Origin: Patescibacteria group bacterium
GTDB lineage: Bacteria; Patescibacteriota; Microgenomatia; UBA12405
Length of the DNA stretch: 64,000 bases
NCBI GenBank assembly: GCA_013387215.1
Contig: WARW01000022.1
Location: 169,897-233,896, forward strand
Reading direction: 5' to 3'
Part shown: piece by piece, positions 1 to 10,438 of the stretch
Numbering within the stretch: position 1 is the stretch's first letter
Layout of the letters: every line of letters begins with the position of its first letter
Notes under the pieces: generated by a model
What the model was told of the DNA's origin: nothing
Databases searched by the model: none
The model's input: only the letters and a program-made list of their open reading frames with translations
Made by a program: the position numbers and the translations under genes

Positions 1-212
1 TTAACAATATTTTTCTCATAGACTTTCTTCTCCTATATATTTTAATAATTGTAAGAATCACAAGCAGATGGTTATGGTTGTTACTATAATTATTCAGCTT
101 ATAACTTTTACATTTGTAATTAATACATCAGAAAAATGAAGAGAAAATGAACAAAAGTAATATTTTTTACTTTTATTCCCTATTTACCAGTAAAAGAAAT
201 TTTAGAAATCAT

Positions 213-794
213 TTACCAACTTCCACTTGTGACAGTGTTTGATATAGTTTTCTTGAATTTTAGGCCGGTCGTTTGAGACAAACTTTTGTTGTATCCATTA
301 AAAACCAAATTAAAAAAACAAGTTTTGTTTTGCAGATTAGCATCGTTTTTGTTAAATTTTACAAATACAATCCAGTCAGATTGAGTGTTGGGGTTGAGTG
401 CCGGAGATTCGTGAGATAAATTTGTTAATTTGCCATGGAAACTTGATTGATCTTCATAATTTAATTCAATATCCAATGATTCACAAAAATCCCGATCCCC
501 GCCTGTTATTTCTGTTGTAATTTTATTGTATAAATTTGATTGGCCTTCATTCTTTAGGCGTACAGCATTTACCTGAAAACCACCAGGAATTATTCCTTTG
601 ATATCAAATAATTTATTTATTGGTGTGTTTGTGGCGGTGTCGATATCAGTAAAATCGAGTGTTGTGGCAGACATTTTATTGTCGGCGACAATTTTTTTAT
701 CAATAAAATCGGCATCGGTAACACCAGTTAAAATCAAGCCAAGGGAAAATAAAAGGAAAACTATTTTAGGAAAAATGCCAATAGACCTTCGCAT
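213..794 (-). CDS. TasA/camelysin-like secreted protein (SipW-cognate class signal peptide)
   Basis: N-terminal signal peptide followed by a DADFIDKK..ATTLDF motif resembling the A[YF]F[ST]D..TL.L motif of TasA/camelysin proteins; immediately downstream of the SipW-like peptidase gene. Confidence 0.5.
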   Translation of the reverse strand: MRRSIGIFPKIVFLLFSLGLILTGVTDADFIDKKIVADNKMSATTLDFTDIDTATNTPINKLFDIKGIIPGGFQVNAVRLKNEGQSNLYNKITTEITGGDRDFCESLDIELNYEDQSSFHGKLTNLSHESPALNPNTQSDWIVFVKFNKNDANLQNKTCFFNLVFNGYNKSLSQTTGLKFKKTISNTVTSGSW

Positions 795-797
795 AAA

Positions 798-1325
798 TTA
801 ATACGAAAATATTTCTGACAGATCTTTGAAGATCTTTTTGAATTCACCCAAAACAATGAGAAGGGCTGGAAAAAGAACTAAAACTACCAAACCTGGAAGT
901 GTTTTACTGAAAAATACTAATTTTCCAAGATATGGAATTTGATAATTTACTTTGCCGATGATATTCGAGGTGGAAATATAGGCATCATCAAGAACTTTGT
1001 TTGCATCACCTTTGGTATATATTTTTTGGATATTATTTTCAGTTTTGATATTTACAATACGATGAGTAACTTTCTGATTTTTAGAATTATTAAAAGTGAT
1101 GATGTCGCCTGCTTTATAATTTTTATCTGGTTTGATGACAATTAAATCACCTGTTTTGATGGTAGGCGACATGGAACCAGATTGAACCAAAAGGGTTTGA
1201 AAAGACCCTTTGATGTTAATTTTTGAAATTAACATTTCCCCGGCAACGACCAAAAGTATAAAAGTGATAATCCAGGTAAATAATGTCCAAAGATTAAAAC
1301 CCTGCTTCTTTTTATAATTTTTCAT
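798..1325 (-). CDS. sipW: Signal peptidase I, SipW/archaeal-eukaryotic type
   Basis: SGSMSPTIKTGDLIVI (catalytic Ser) and THRIV (His) motifs, KGDAN box, N- and C-terminal TM segments typical of SipW. Confidence 0.7.
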   Translation of the reverse strand: MKNYKKKQGFNLWTLFTWIITFILLVVAGEMLISKINIKGSFQTLLVQSGSMSPTIKTGDLIVIKPDKNYKAGDIITFNNSKNQKVTHRIVNIKTENNIQKIYTKGDANKVLDDAYISTSNIIGKVNYQIPYLGKLVFFSKTLPGLVVLVLFPALLIVLGEFKKIFKDLSEIFSY

Positions 1326-1328
1326 TGT

Positions 1329-1934
1329 TTATTTGATAATTTGTTTGAGACTGAAACTCATATCAAAATTTAGGCTATCGCTTTGAATTTCGTTGCCATA
1401 ATTGTTATCAGCAGTCCACTCCATTTCCAAATTAGCTTCTTGCCCAGGATTTAAAATGATCGGCGGATTAATTGAATCCCAAAGATTGTTAATTTTTGAT
1501 GCAGCTTCTTCTGTCATATATGATTCAACTTCTTTGATACCGTTAATATAAAAAGTTACTTTTATGTATTTACCTAATTCGCCTTCGTGAGGGCCTGGAT
1601 TACCACAAGTAGAATCAACCTCTTTTTCTGGTTCATTACAACCATTTTCATAATTTACAACATTATCTAGTGAGGCGGAAAATTGACCAGGCAAAGAACC
1701 GGTGTTTTTTACTTTCCAAACTTTTGAACCACTATTTATTCCAGAACCAATATCGGAAATTACAAACGGTTCAACACTAGAACCACTGGCACCTCCAACT
1801 TCAAGATTTAAAGTTCCAACCGCAAAAGTGTTGTTGGTACTAGTTTTTTTATCAGTAAAGTAGGCTTGGGTGACAAAGTATGAAAAAGATCCGATGACTC
1901 CGATAGTAACTAAACTGACTAATACTTTTTTCAT
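1329..1934 (-). CDS. TasA/camelysin-like secreted protein (SipW-cognate class signal peptide)
   Basis: Signal peptide then AYFTDKKTSTNNTFAVGTLNLEV, matching the AYFSD...GTL.L motif of the camelysin/TasA family; operon with the SipW-like peptidase. Confidence 0.55.
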   Translation of the reverse strand: MKKVLVSLVTIGVIGSFSYFVTQAYFTDKKTSTNNTFAVGTLNLEVGGASGSSVEPFVISDIGSGINSGSKVWKVKNTGSLPGQFSASLDNVVNYENGCNEPEKEVDSTCGNPGPHEGELGKYIKVTFYINGIKEVESYMTEEAASKINNLWDSINPPIILNPGQEANLEMEWTADNNYGNEIQSDSLNFDMSFSLKQIIK

Positions 1935-2068
1935 AAAATACTGATGAATTTATATTAATTTAGATTATGATTTATCCAATTTGCTGAGTTATTCTACTTT
2001 CGGATATACATAACAGATATACATTAAATACAAAAACAAAGGCTTAGTCAAGAAACAAATTATGAAGA

Positions 2069-2917
2069 TTAGTTAACTTTTGTTTTGAGAGATTTTATCT
2101 TAACAATAGCGAGTGGTGCCAATAAAAGTAGCGCACCAAAGCCAATAAAAAGGCCAGGAATTATATTTTTTTGTCCTTTTTCGGACGGTGATGGAGTTGG
2201 AGTTTTTGGGTCAGCATTGCTTAAAACTGGTGCAGATGTTGGCGGTATGGTTGGATTATCTGTTGGCAATGGTTCCATGACTGCAGTTGGTTCTGGAGAA
2301 GGTGTTGGGGTGGCAGTTGGTTTTTTTGTTGTAGTGGGTGTGAGTGTTAGGGTTGGAGTGGGAGTCGGGGTTGAGGTTGGGGCTGGAGTACTAGTAGGAG
2401 CGATACAACTATTATTGGCTGCATCTTTAGATGTGGGAGCTAAACACCAACTACCAGAAACTTTTGACCAACTATATTGAACTGAAGACGTATTTGGATA
2501 AGTATAACTATCCACCTCGTTTCCAGCATTATTCACTAATCTTACTTTATCCCCATTATTATTTAGATAATTGGCTGTTCCAAGATCAAATGATTTATAT
2601 GCTTTTGCCGGTATTACGAATGGTGATGGTATAGTTTTTGAAGTATCAGTGGAATCAAAAATTTTCCAACCAGTTAATTGAACTTCAAAATCGTTTGAAT
2701 TATAAAGTTCTACCCATTCATAGCCAGATGAAGGATTGGCTAAAAACTCACTCAAACTAATTCCCGTAATTGGTGTAGTTGTTAGTGTTGGAGTTGATGT
2801 GGAAGTTGGAATAGAGGTTGGTGTTGGGGTGGGTGTTAAAGTTACTGTCGCTGTTTGAGCCCAAACAGGTTTAGAGAAAGGCAGTAAAAATGTAAGCAAT
2901 AGTATAATAATTATCAC
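2069..2917 (-). CDS. Lamin-tail-domain (LTD) surface protein with Thr/Pro-rich linkers and C-terminal membrane anchor
   Basis: Signal peptide; TPTPTPT repeats; central EWVELYN...GWKIFD...NNGDKVRLVNNAGNEVDSYTY matches LTD fold signature; C-terminal hydrophobic segment plus basic tail. Confidence 0.6.
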   Translation of the reverse strand: MIIIILLLTFLLPFSKPVWAQTATVTLTPTPTPTSIPTSTSTPTLTTTPITGISLSEFLANPSSGYEWVELYNSNDFEVQLTGWKIFDSTDTSKTIPSPFVIPAKAYKSFDLGTANYLNNNGDKVRLVNNAGNEVDSYTYPNTSSVQYSWSKVSGSWCLAPTSKDAANNSCIAPTSTPAPTSTPTPTPTLTLTPTTTKKPTATPTPSPEPTAVMEPLPTDNPTIPPTSAPVLSNADPKTPTPSPSEKGQKNIIPGLFIGFGALLLLAPLAIVKIKSLKTKVN

Positions 2918-2933
2918 AAGTTTAGTTTAGCAA

Positions 2934-4418
2934 TTAACTGGTTAATTTAGAAATAGCGAGGTCTAGTTTATGGATAGTTTTTTCTTTACCAAGGGCTGGC
3001 AAACAATCGACAACTGGAGGTGTAAATTTAGACCCACAAATAGCAACTCGGAAAACCATAAAGTATTTTCCAACTTTATTTTCTTCATTCGACCAATTGT
3101 CTGATTTCAGCAATTCATCAATTTTTGCCTGAATATTGGAGGCTTTGAAATCGTCTATTTGCGACATTATGTCTTTGGTTTTTGAAATCATGTCGAGAAC
3201 CAAATCTTTTGACATTTCTTTGTCTTTGTACTCGAGAAGTAACGATTTATCGTAGTCCACATCTTCAAAAATAAATTTTGTTTGAGGTTGAAGATCTGAT
3301 AATTTAACAATTCTTTCTTTTAAAACCGGCAGTAAAATATTTATTTGCTCATCTGAAGCTTGAGGCAAAAACTTTTTAAACAAAACTTTTAATTCATCAT
3401 TGGATTTTTGACGGATATAATATCCGTTTAAATAGTCCAGTTTTTTACGATCAAATACTGGCGATTTTTTGTGGAGATGATCCAAACTAAAAGCTTGAAC
3501 AAATTCATCTAATGTAAAAAATTCACGATTGTCTCCCGGATTCCAACCTAAAAACATTAAAAAATTAAGCATGGCTTCTGGCAAATAACCTTCTTCTAGA
3601 AATGATCTGGCTGAAGTTGCGCCATGGCGTTTACTTAATTTTCCCTTACCGTCTGGATTTAATAATACCGTAAGATGGGCAATTTTAGGTGGTTCCCAGC
3701 CAAAATAGCGATAGAGTAAAAGATGTTTTGGAGTGGAAGTGAGCCATTCCTCACCTCGAAAGACATGAGATATTTCCATTAAATGATCGTCGACGACTGC
3801 AGCAAAATGATATGTAGGAATTCCATTTGATTTTATTAAAACCTGATCATCAATGTCATTAGTATTAAATTTTATTTTGCCGCGGATTACATCTTCGAAA
3901 ATAATAGTTTCATTTTTAGGAATGACCATACGGATGGTGTATGGTACTTTTGCATCAATATTTTTTTGAATTTCCTCGGGTGTTAAATGAAGACAATGTT
4001 GATCATAACGAGGAACTTGCTTGGCGGCTTTTTGAGTAGCACGAAGTTCATCAAGACGCTCTTGAGTACAAAAACAGCGATAAGCCAAACCTTTATCTAG
4101 TAATTCTTGAATATATTTTTGGTAAATTTCAAGACGTTGAGTCTGAATATATGGACCATAAGGCCCACCAATATCTGGACCTTCATCCCATTGCAGACCA
4201 TAGTCTTTTATAACTTGAAGGGTTCTTTCCATGGACCCAGGGACAAAACGTTTTTGATCAGTATCTTCGATTCTTATAATAAATTGGCCATTATTTTTTT
4301 TAGCGAGTGCATAATCATAAAGACAAGTTCTTAAGTGGCCAACATGATATTCCCCCGTTGGACTGGGAGCAATACGAGTTCTCACAATTTTGTTGTCAAT
4401 CATGGTTAATTTTATCAT
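2934..4418 (-). CDS. gltX: Glutamyl-tRNA synthetase
   Basis: HVGHLRT (HIGH motif) and KLSKR (KMSKS motif); class I catalytic core similarity. Confidence 0.9.
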   Translation of the reverse strand: MIKLTMIDNKIVRTRIAPSPTGEYHVGHLRTCLYDYALAKKNNGQFIIRIEDTDQKRFVPGSMERTLQVIKDYGLQWDEGPDIGGPYGPYIQTQRLEIYQKYIQELLDKGLAYRCFCTQERLDELRATQKAAKQVPRYDQHCLHLTPEEIQKNIDAKVPYTIRMVIPKNETIIFEDVIRGKIKFNTNDIDDQVLIKSNGIPTYHFAAVVDDHLMEISHVFRGEEWLTSTPKHLLLYRYFGWEPPKIAHLTVLLNPDGKGKLSKRHGATSARSFLEEGYLPEAMLNFLMFLGWNPGDNREFFTLDEFVQAFSLDHLHKKSPVFDRKKLDYLNGYYIRQKSNDELKVLFKKFLPQASDEQINILLPVLKERIVKLSDLQPQTKFIFEDVDYDKSLLLEYKDKEMSKDLVLDMISKTKDIMSQIDDFKASNIQAKIDELLKSDNWSNEENKVGKYFMVFRVAICGSKFTPPVVDCLPALGKEKTIHKLDLAISKLTS

Positions 4419-4486
4419 TGGTTTTAAAATTTGAGCCTGGAAAATTAATATGGAAATTGTTGCTTATTTTTATGTAAAATATTGTA

Positions 4487-5530
4487 ATGTCATCTTTGAC
4501 CCAAACTGCTTACATGAGCAGAAATTTAATTAAATACGGCGGAAGTGGACTCGTAATCTTTTTGATTATGTGGTCGATTATTACTGGAGCAGTCAAAGCA
4601 TACAACTTAGCCCATCCTAAATATATTCCACCAACAGTCAAATATGGAGTGATGCCTAAAATTGTATTTCCAGAAAAACAATTTAACAAGAAAAATTTTA
4701 CTTTTGAATTTCCGAACGATTCGGCACCAAAATTTAAAGATCAATCTAAGGTATTTATTATTTATCGCCCAAACAGCAGCTTTTTGGCGCTTGAGGACGA
4801 TACAAAAACTGCGTCTGATTTAGGTTTTAGTTCCAAACCAACTGAAGTAAAAGAAGGGGTATATGAATTTAAAAATGATAATTTAAATCGTACTTTGACG
4901 ATGAATGTGCTAGATGGCAGCTTTAAAATGGAATATCCATTTCAAAATGACCAAATGCTTTTGACTCCTGGAAATGTTCCAGCAAAAGAAGAAGCTATCG
5001 CAATTGCATCTGCATATTTAAAAACCGGAAATAAATATGCATCTGATATTGAACAAGGCACTCAAAAAGTAAGCTTTTGGAAAATTGAGTTTGATGGACT
5101 GAAAGCTGCTGATTCCCAATCGGATGCGAATGTAGCGAGAGTTGATTTTTATCGAAAAAATTTGGAAGATGATTTAAAAATATTATCTCCAGAGGTGAAT
5201 AAAGCATCAATTTCAGTTTTAGTTTCCGGTTCTACGGTTGATAATAAAAAAATAATTCAAGTGGATTACAAATATGCCAATATCGACAGAGAATCTTTTT
5301 CTACATATCCAATCAAAACATCAGAGGAAGCTATTGCAGAATTAAAAGCCGGTAATTATTGGCCAGCCATAGATGTGAATTCTAATAACGTAATAATCAG
5401 AAAAGTTTACTTGGCATATTTTGAACCGGTAACTTTGACCAATTACATGCAGCCAATTTATGTTTTCGAAGGTGATAATAATTTCGTGGCTTACGTCCCA
5501 GCAATCATAGATAAATACGTCCAAAAATAA
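4487..5530 (+). CDS. Hypothetical membrane-anchored protein
   Basis: Long ORF with a single N-terminal TM helix, divergent from gltX; no recognisable domain. Confidence 0.45.
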   Translation: MSSLTQTAYMSRNLIKYGGSGLVIFLIMWSIITGAVKAYNLAHPKYIPPTVKYGVMPKIVFPEKQFNKKNFTFEFPNDSAPKFKDQSKVFIIYRPNSSFLALEDDTKTASDLGFSSKPTEVKEGVYEFKNDNLNRTLTMNVLDGSFKMEYPFQNDQMLLTPGNVPAKEEAIAIASAYLKTGNKYASDIEQGTQKVSFWKIEFDGLKAADSQSDANVARVDFYRKNLEDDLKILSPEVNKASISVLVSGSTVDNKKIIQVDYKYANIDRESFSTYPIKTSEEAIAELKAGNYWPAIDVNSNNVIIRKVYLAYFEPVTLTNYMQPIYVFEGDNNFVAYVPAIIDKYVQK

Positions 5531-5544
5531 AAGGTTTAGTTAAG

Positions 5545-6465
5545 CTAATAATCACGCCAGGTGATATTTTGCTTTGCCCAATTTACTATCTCTTTTGTAT
5601 CCTGAAACCGATCATCGCTTTGAGCAACAACACTAATTAGTTTGTGCCCGTTTATATTGATTAAGCCAACAAAACAACCGCCTGCTTCTGGAGTCCAACC
5701 GGTTTTTAAACCTTCTATTTCCGGGATGACTCCCAACAGTTCATTGGTCGATTCAAGATTGTGTTGAATTTTATTATCAAGATCAGAAACTATGACTGAC
5801 TTATTTTTAACAATTTCAGTGATGGTGGGATTTTTTATGGCGATTCGAGAGAGTTGGGCCAGATCATATACTGTTGAATAATGATTTGGATCATGAAGAC
5901 CATCATAATTGGTGAAATGAGTGTCTTTGAGTCCATATTTTGACACCAAAAGATTCATTTGATCAACAAAACCGGTTATTCCACCTGGATAATGTTTAGC
6001 CAAATTATAGGCAGAATCATTGGCGGAATATACCAAAAGTGCAGTTACTAAAGATTTTACGGTCATTTTTTCGCCGGGCTGCAAATTCATGACTTGACCT
6101 TCAGTGAAAGCATCAGGAACCGTGATTACTTCATCCAGCGGATAAATATTAAGAGCAGTGATGGCAGTTGCCAGCTTAGTAGTTGAGGCTGGATAAATTT
6201 TATCGTGAGCTCTTTTAGAAACTAAAACAGTGTTTGTGGCACTGTCGATTAAAATATAACTACCAGCATTTGCCTGGGGAGGATTGGCAAGATGAATAAC
6301 CGGCACTTGCGGATGGTTAAATTGAGCCAGAGTGGTGTTTTGGGGAATGATTTTTACTTTTGGATAGATTGTCCACAAACCAGAAAACGGCAGCCAAAAT
6401 AAATTAAGAACTAATAATAAAAATATTATTATGAAACTAATTTTATTCGACTTTAGCAGATTCAT
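5545..6465 (-). CDS. dacA: D-alanyl-D-alanine carboxypeptidase (S11 family, PBP5-like)
   Basis: N-terminal TM; SxxK active-site motif ASTTK; overall PBP5/DacA-like architecture. Confidence 0.75.
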   Translation of the reverse strand: MNLLKSNKISFIIIFLLLVLNLFWLPFSGLWTIYPKVKIIPQNTTLAQFNHPQVPVIHLANPPQANAGSYILIDSATNTVLVSKRAHDKIYPASTTKLATAITALNIYPLDEVITVPDAFTEGQVMNLQPGEKMTVKSLVTALLVYSANDSAYNLAKHYPGGITGFVDQMNLLVSKYGLKDTHFTNYDGLHDPNHYSTVYDLAQLSRIAIKNPTITEIVKNKSVIVSDLDNKIQHNLESTNELLGVIPEIEGLKTGWTPEAGGCFVGLININGHKLISVVAQSDDRFQDTKEIVNWAKQNITWRDY

Positions 6466-8221
6466 TTTTCTCCGGTTTTAACATCAAACCAACATCATCC
6501 AACTGTTTTTGACTGACTTCACTTGGAGCATTCATCATTAAATCTACCCCATTTGAATTGAGAGGGAAAGCATACACATCTCTAATGTTTGGTTCATCCA
6601 AAAGCATCATTAAAAATCGGTCGATTCCAATTGCCCAACCACCGTGTGGAGGTGCACCATAGTGGAAGGCATTGTACATGCCACCAAATTTTTTAATGAC
6701 TTCACTTCGTCCATAACCAATAACTTCAAAAGCTTTGACCAATGTTTCCGGCTCATGATTTCTGATGGAGCCAGAAGCGAGTTCAACTCCATTCATGGTT
6801 AAATCGTATTGATAGGATTCAATTTCCAAAGGATCTTGGGTTTTTAAAGCTTCCATTCCGCCTTTTGGCATTGAGAAAGGATTGTGGCCAAAATCGAGTT
6901 TGCCTTCATCATTGACTTCATAAAATGGAAAGCCAGTAATCCAAACAAGTGATAAAACATTTGGATTACGGAGATTTAACATATCGCCTAAGATAAGGCG
7001 TAAATGACCGAGTGATTTGTTAACAACGGATGGTTTGTCGGCAACTAATAAAAGTAAGTCGCCTGCTTTAGCATCAGTGGCTTTGATTAATTCTTTTTGA
7101 AGTTCTGGACTGAAGAAACGAGAAACTCCAATTTCTAAACCATTTTCAGTGACTTTAGTGTAGGCCAAACCTTTGGCGCCTTTTTCCTTAGCGATAGTTT
7201 CAAGTTTTTCAATTTGGCTTTTTGAATAATTGCCACAACCTGGAGCAACAATGGCTTTAATGTTTTCTGCATTATTAAAAACATTAAATTCACTTTTGCC
7301 TTTTAAGACATCAGTGACATTAATTAATTCAAGACCAAAACGAATGTCTGGTTTGTCGCTGCCAAATCTTTCCATGGCTTCTTTGTATGGCATACGTGGA
7401 AATGGAAATTGAGCAATTTTCTTTTGAGGCGCAGCAACTTCATAGGTTTCTTTGATTAATTTTTCGGCAGTGTCAAAAATTTTATCAATGGTGGGGAAAC
7501 TCATTTCAATGTCGATTTGATAGAAAACACCAGCATGTCTGTCGGCACGAGGATCTTCATCGCGAGCACATGGAGCGATCTGAAAATATTTATCGACTCC
7601 AGACACCATTAATAATTGTTTAAATTGTTGCGGTGCTTGAGGCAAAACGAAAAATTTACCTTTATGAATTCGGGATGGAATAATAAAATCTCTAGCACCT
7701 TCAGGAGAAGTGCTGGTCAAAAGTGGAGTCATAACTTCAGTAAAACCATTTTTTTCCATCCAGTTGCGAACAGCTAAAATGTAGGCGCTTTTCTTTTTCA
7801 TGATATTTACTAAACGTGGTCGGCGCAAATCAAGATAGCGATATTTTAATCGTAAAGATTCGTCGATTTCGGTGCCTTCAGTGTCAAGCGGAAATGGAAC
7901 AACTTCACTCTTATTTAAAACTTCCAATTTTTCGGCAATAACTTCAATAGTTCCAGTTTCCAAATTTGGATTGGAGGCTTTAGCGTCGCGCAAAACAACT
8001 TTACCTTCAACTTCAATCACCCATTCGGTTCCTAAACTAGAAGCGATTTTATGATTTTCTTGACTATCAGCAGCATTAACAACAACCTGAACAATTCCAC
8101 TCCAATCACGAAAATCAATAAAAATTAATTGACCATGATCACGAATATTACTGACCCAACCTTTTAATAAAACTTTTTCTCCAATATGCTGGAGAGCTTC
8201 TTTTGCTAATATTCTTTCCAT
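6443..8221 (-). CDS. aspS: Aspartyl-tRNA synthetase
   Basis: N-terminal OB anticodon-binding domain; class II motifs [12 protein letters not shown]...[13 protein letters not shown] and [14 protein letters not shown]. Confidence 0.92.
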   Translation of the reverse strand: MERILAKEALQHIGEKVLLKGWVSNIRDHGQLIFIDFRDWSGIVQVVVNAADSQENHKIASSLGTEWVIEVEGKVVLRDAKASNPNLETGTIEVIAEKLEVLNKSEVVPFPLDTEGTEIDESLRLKYRYLDLRRPRLVNIMKKKSAYILAVRNWMEKNGFTEVMTPLLTSTSPEGARDFIIPSRIHKGKFFVLPQAPQQFKQLLMVSGVDKYFQIAPCARDEDPRADRHAGVFYQIDIEMSFPTIDKIFDTAEKLIKETYEVAAPQKKIAQFPFPRMPYKEAMERFGSDKPDIRFGLELINVTDVLKGKSEFNVFNNAENIKAIVAPGCGNYSKSQIEKLETIAKEKGAKGLAYTKVTENGLEIGVSRFFSPELQKELIKATDAKAGDLLLLVADKPSVVNKSLGHLRLILGDMLNLRNPNVLSLVWITGFPFYEVNDEGKLDFGHNPFSMPKGGMEALKTQDPLEIESYQYDLTMNGVELASGSIRNHEPETLVKAFEVIGYGRSEVIKKFGGMYNAFHYGAPPHGGWAIGIDRFLMMLLDEPNIRDVYAFPLNSNGVDLMMNAPSEVSQKQLDDVGLMLKPEKNESAKVE

Positions 8222-8249
8222 GTTTTTTATTTTTTTTAATAACTAATTT

Positions 8250-8420
8250 TATACAAAAAAACCCGACGTGTGTCGGGATACGAAAAATAGCTTTCATTTT
8301 TCGTGCTCTGTTTCTAGTGTGACACACGTTGTAGTGTTTAACGGTTCTACTTCCGTAGGGTTCTAATAAGTGATTAACTTTTCTTCCCTCAGCTTCCCCG
8401 ATGTTTGTCGGGGTTAAACG
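8250..8420 (-). promoter_or_regulatory. Structured aspS 5' leader with candidate terminator/antiterminator switch
   Basis: Three hairpins on the minus strand; 9-nt segment 8321-8329 is the exact reverse complement of 8266-8274 (terminator 5' half plus loop), allowing a mutually exclusive antiterminator. Confidence 0.4.
8254..8277 (-). terminator. Intrinsic terminator hairpin (CCCGAC-ACAC-GUCGGG plus U8) about 30 nt upstream of the aspS start codon
   Basis: Perfect 6-bp GC-rich stem followed by 8 U on the minus strand. Confidence 0.7.
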
Positions 8421-8460
8421 CTTTTGTTTATAGTCTATTTTACTTCTAATTTAATGGATG

Positions 8461-10134
8461 TCAAATAAGAAATATTTCTTTGACCATAAGTTGGGGAAGA
8501 GTTGTGTTATTCCAAGTGTTAAGTTCGAGTCGGGCAATAATATCAACATGATCACCCACTTTTAATTGACCATCCATTGATCCTTTTTTGAAAGCAATCG
8601 CATCGGCACTAATGTTTTCTAATTTTTTTGTGTCTGGATCATCAAATTTTAATTTTAAGTGATCCCCTGTTGAACCAACTAATCTTTTCTGAGAAACAAC
8701 TAAATCTTTAAATAAAAACAATGGTTCTGAGTTATCGATTCCAAATGGTTCAAGTTTTTTTGTTATCTGGCAATTTTTGACAGTGACAGCTTCCAGTTTC
8801 ATTTCTGCATCAACAGTGACAGACGGTTTTAAATCCAAGCCAGCTAATTTTTTATTAACAATTTTAGTTAATTCTTTTTTTAATTTTTCAATTTTTTTAG
8901 TTTCAATACTAAAACCAGCGGCTCCAGCATGGCCACCAAGATCGATAAATAAATCTGATACCTCACGAAGACTTTCTATAATATTTAGTTCTTTTATTGA
9001 ACGGCAAGAACCTTTGGAAACTTCTTCACCAACACTTATGGCAATACAAGGCAAATAATTTTTTTCAGTTAACCGACCAGCGATCAGACCAATAATTCCG
9101 GGATTGAAGGAAGGATCGTAAACAAACAATAGTTTGTCTGGCGAATCAGTTGATGCATTTTTTCGAATATTTTCTTCGGCAAGATCGAGACTGTCTTGTT
9201 GAAGCACTTGACGGTCTTTGTTGAATGAATCTAAAACTTTGGCATATTTATCGGCATAAAGTGAATTTGAACTGCATAAGAGACGCAAAGCATCGGTAGG
9301 ATTAGAAAGCCGGCCAACAGCATTAATTCTGGGACCTAAAATATACCCTAAATCATAGGCAGAAATACTATCGGCCTTAACACCACTTACTTGAACTAAT
9401 TTTTTAATTCCAGGACTGGGATTAAGCCTTAATGACAATAAACCATGAACCACGATGCTGCGATTAATGCCATTTAAAGGCATACAATCTGCAACTGCAC
9501 CTAAAGCTGCCAAACCTAAGTCAGCATTGGGGTTGAATTGCGAGGCCAATAGCCAGGCAAGAGTACAGCCAGACACTTGGGTTGAATGGACAATTGCCAG
9601 AGCGTTTGGCAATTCAGAGGTGGGCAAATGGTGATCCGTAATAATAACTTCAGTGCCAGATTCAACGATTTTTTCAATTTCTTTATTGGCGACGATTCCA
9701 TTATCAACAGTAATCAGTAGAGAGAATTTTTTATCTTTTTCCTTTTCGAAGGCGAAAAATGATTTTGCTTTAATACCATAGCCATCGTGTTCACGGTCGG
9801 GAATGAATGGCAAAACTTTTAGACCAGCATAACGCAAAGATTGCCAAAGAACTGCGGTTGAAGTGATGCCATCAACGTCATAATCTCCATAAATCAGGAC
9901 ATTTTCTTCATTCTTAATCGCTTTTTTAATTCTATCAACAGCTTTATTGAGTTGTTTTTGGCTGACTTTATATTGTTTTGGGGTTAGAGTTCCTGGAAAA
10001 ACAGGTTTTAAAAAATCGCTAATCTGATCTTTTTGAATATTTCTATTTTTTAAAAGCAAATCCAAAAAATCCAACTCAGAAAAGTCTTTTTCAATTACAG
10101 TCTTTGACTTAATAATAATTTCAGGTTTATTCAT
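8461..10134 (-). CDS. recJ: Single-stranded-DNA-specific exonuclease RecJ
   Basis: DHH motifs IYGDYDVDGITS and ITDHH, DHHA1 domain GGHAGAAG, C-terminal OB domain. Confidence 0.85.
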   Translation of the reverse strand: MNKPEIIIKSKTVIEKDFSELDFLDLLLKNRNIQKDQISDFLKPVFPGTLTPKQYKVSQKQLNKAVDRIKKAIKNEENVLIYGDYDVDGITSTAVLWQSLRYAGLKVLPFIPDREHDGYGIKAKSFFAFEKEKDKKFSLLITVDNGIVANKEIEKIVESGTEVIITDHHLPTSELPNALAIVHSTQVSGCTLAWLLASQFNPNADLGLAALGAVADCMPLNGINRSIVVHGLLSLRLNPSPGIKKLVQVSGVKADSISAYDLGYILGPRINAVGRLSNPTDALRLLCSSNSLYADKYAKVLDSFNKDRQVLQQDSLDLAEENIRKNASTDSPDKLLFVYDPSFNPGIIGLIAGRLTEKNYLPCIAISVGEEVSKGSCRSIKELNIIESLREVSDLFIDLGGHAGAAGFSIETKKIEKLKKELTKIVNKKLAGLDLKPSVTVDAEMKLEAVTVKNCQITKKLEPFGIDNSEPLFLFKDLVVSQKRLVGSTGDHLKLKFDDPDTKKLENISADAIAFKKGSMDGQLKVGDHVDIIARLELNTWNNTTLPQLMVKEIFLI

Positions 10135-10357
10135 GACAATAGCTTTAATTTTACACTGTTTTTATTAAAGCTAGGCATATATAAAAATTATATAAAAAAA
10201 CTTGATTTTCAGGGAAAAAGTGATATTATAGGTTGCATTACGAGCGAAAGCTTGTAATAAATTATTATATCGGCTTTGCCGATACTGACGAGTTTAGGTT
10301 CAAATTAAGCTTTGAGCCAGAACAGAGCCAGTGGTACTTTAAAAATACGGATTACCC

Positions 10358-10411
10358 GAGAGCTTGGGCTCATTGTGGGCAGCGCGCTGCCTAGAATGAG
10401 CACAAGCGCTC
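10358..10411 (+). promoter_or_regulatory. Long imperfect hairpin leader (apical palindrome GGCAGCGCGCTGCC) at the predicted 5' end of the 10439 transcript
   Basis: About 17-bp stem GAGAGCTTGGGCTCATT/AATGAGCACAAGCGCTC directly downstream of TTTAAAAAT (-10-like), about 28 nt before the start codon; homologous element before the paralog at 11229. Confidence 0.4.
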
Positions 10412-10438
10412 AAAGTTATAAATTAGGAGGTAATAGGT

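Noticed and set aside
2085-2634. Plus-strand ORFs (131 and 67 aa, Gly/Val-rich) inside the LTD gene
   Set aside because: They are antisense to Thr/Pro-repeat codons (ACN/CCN read as GGN/GTN), a low-complexity artefact with no RBS.
8250-8315. 20-codon leader-peptide ORF (MKAIFRIPTHVGFFLYKISY) overlapping the aspS terminator
   Set aside because: No Asp/Asn codon run and a weak RBS; it does not support classical ribosome-mediated attenuation.
8222-8460. Possible T-box riboswitch, SRP RNA or 6S RNA in the recJ-aspS spacer
   Set aside because: No T-box consensus (AGGGUGGNACCGCG). No SRP domain IV GGAAGCAGC motif; only a CUAC-GGAA-GUAG tetraloop hairpin. The fold is not the 6S extended duplex. 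Kept only as a generic attenuator-like leader.
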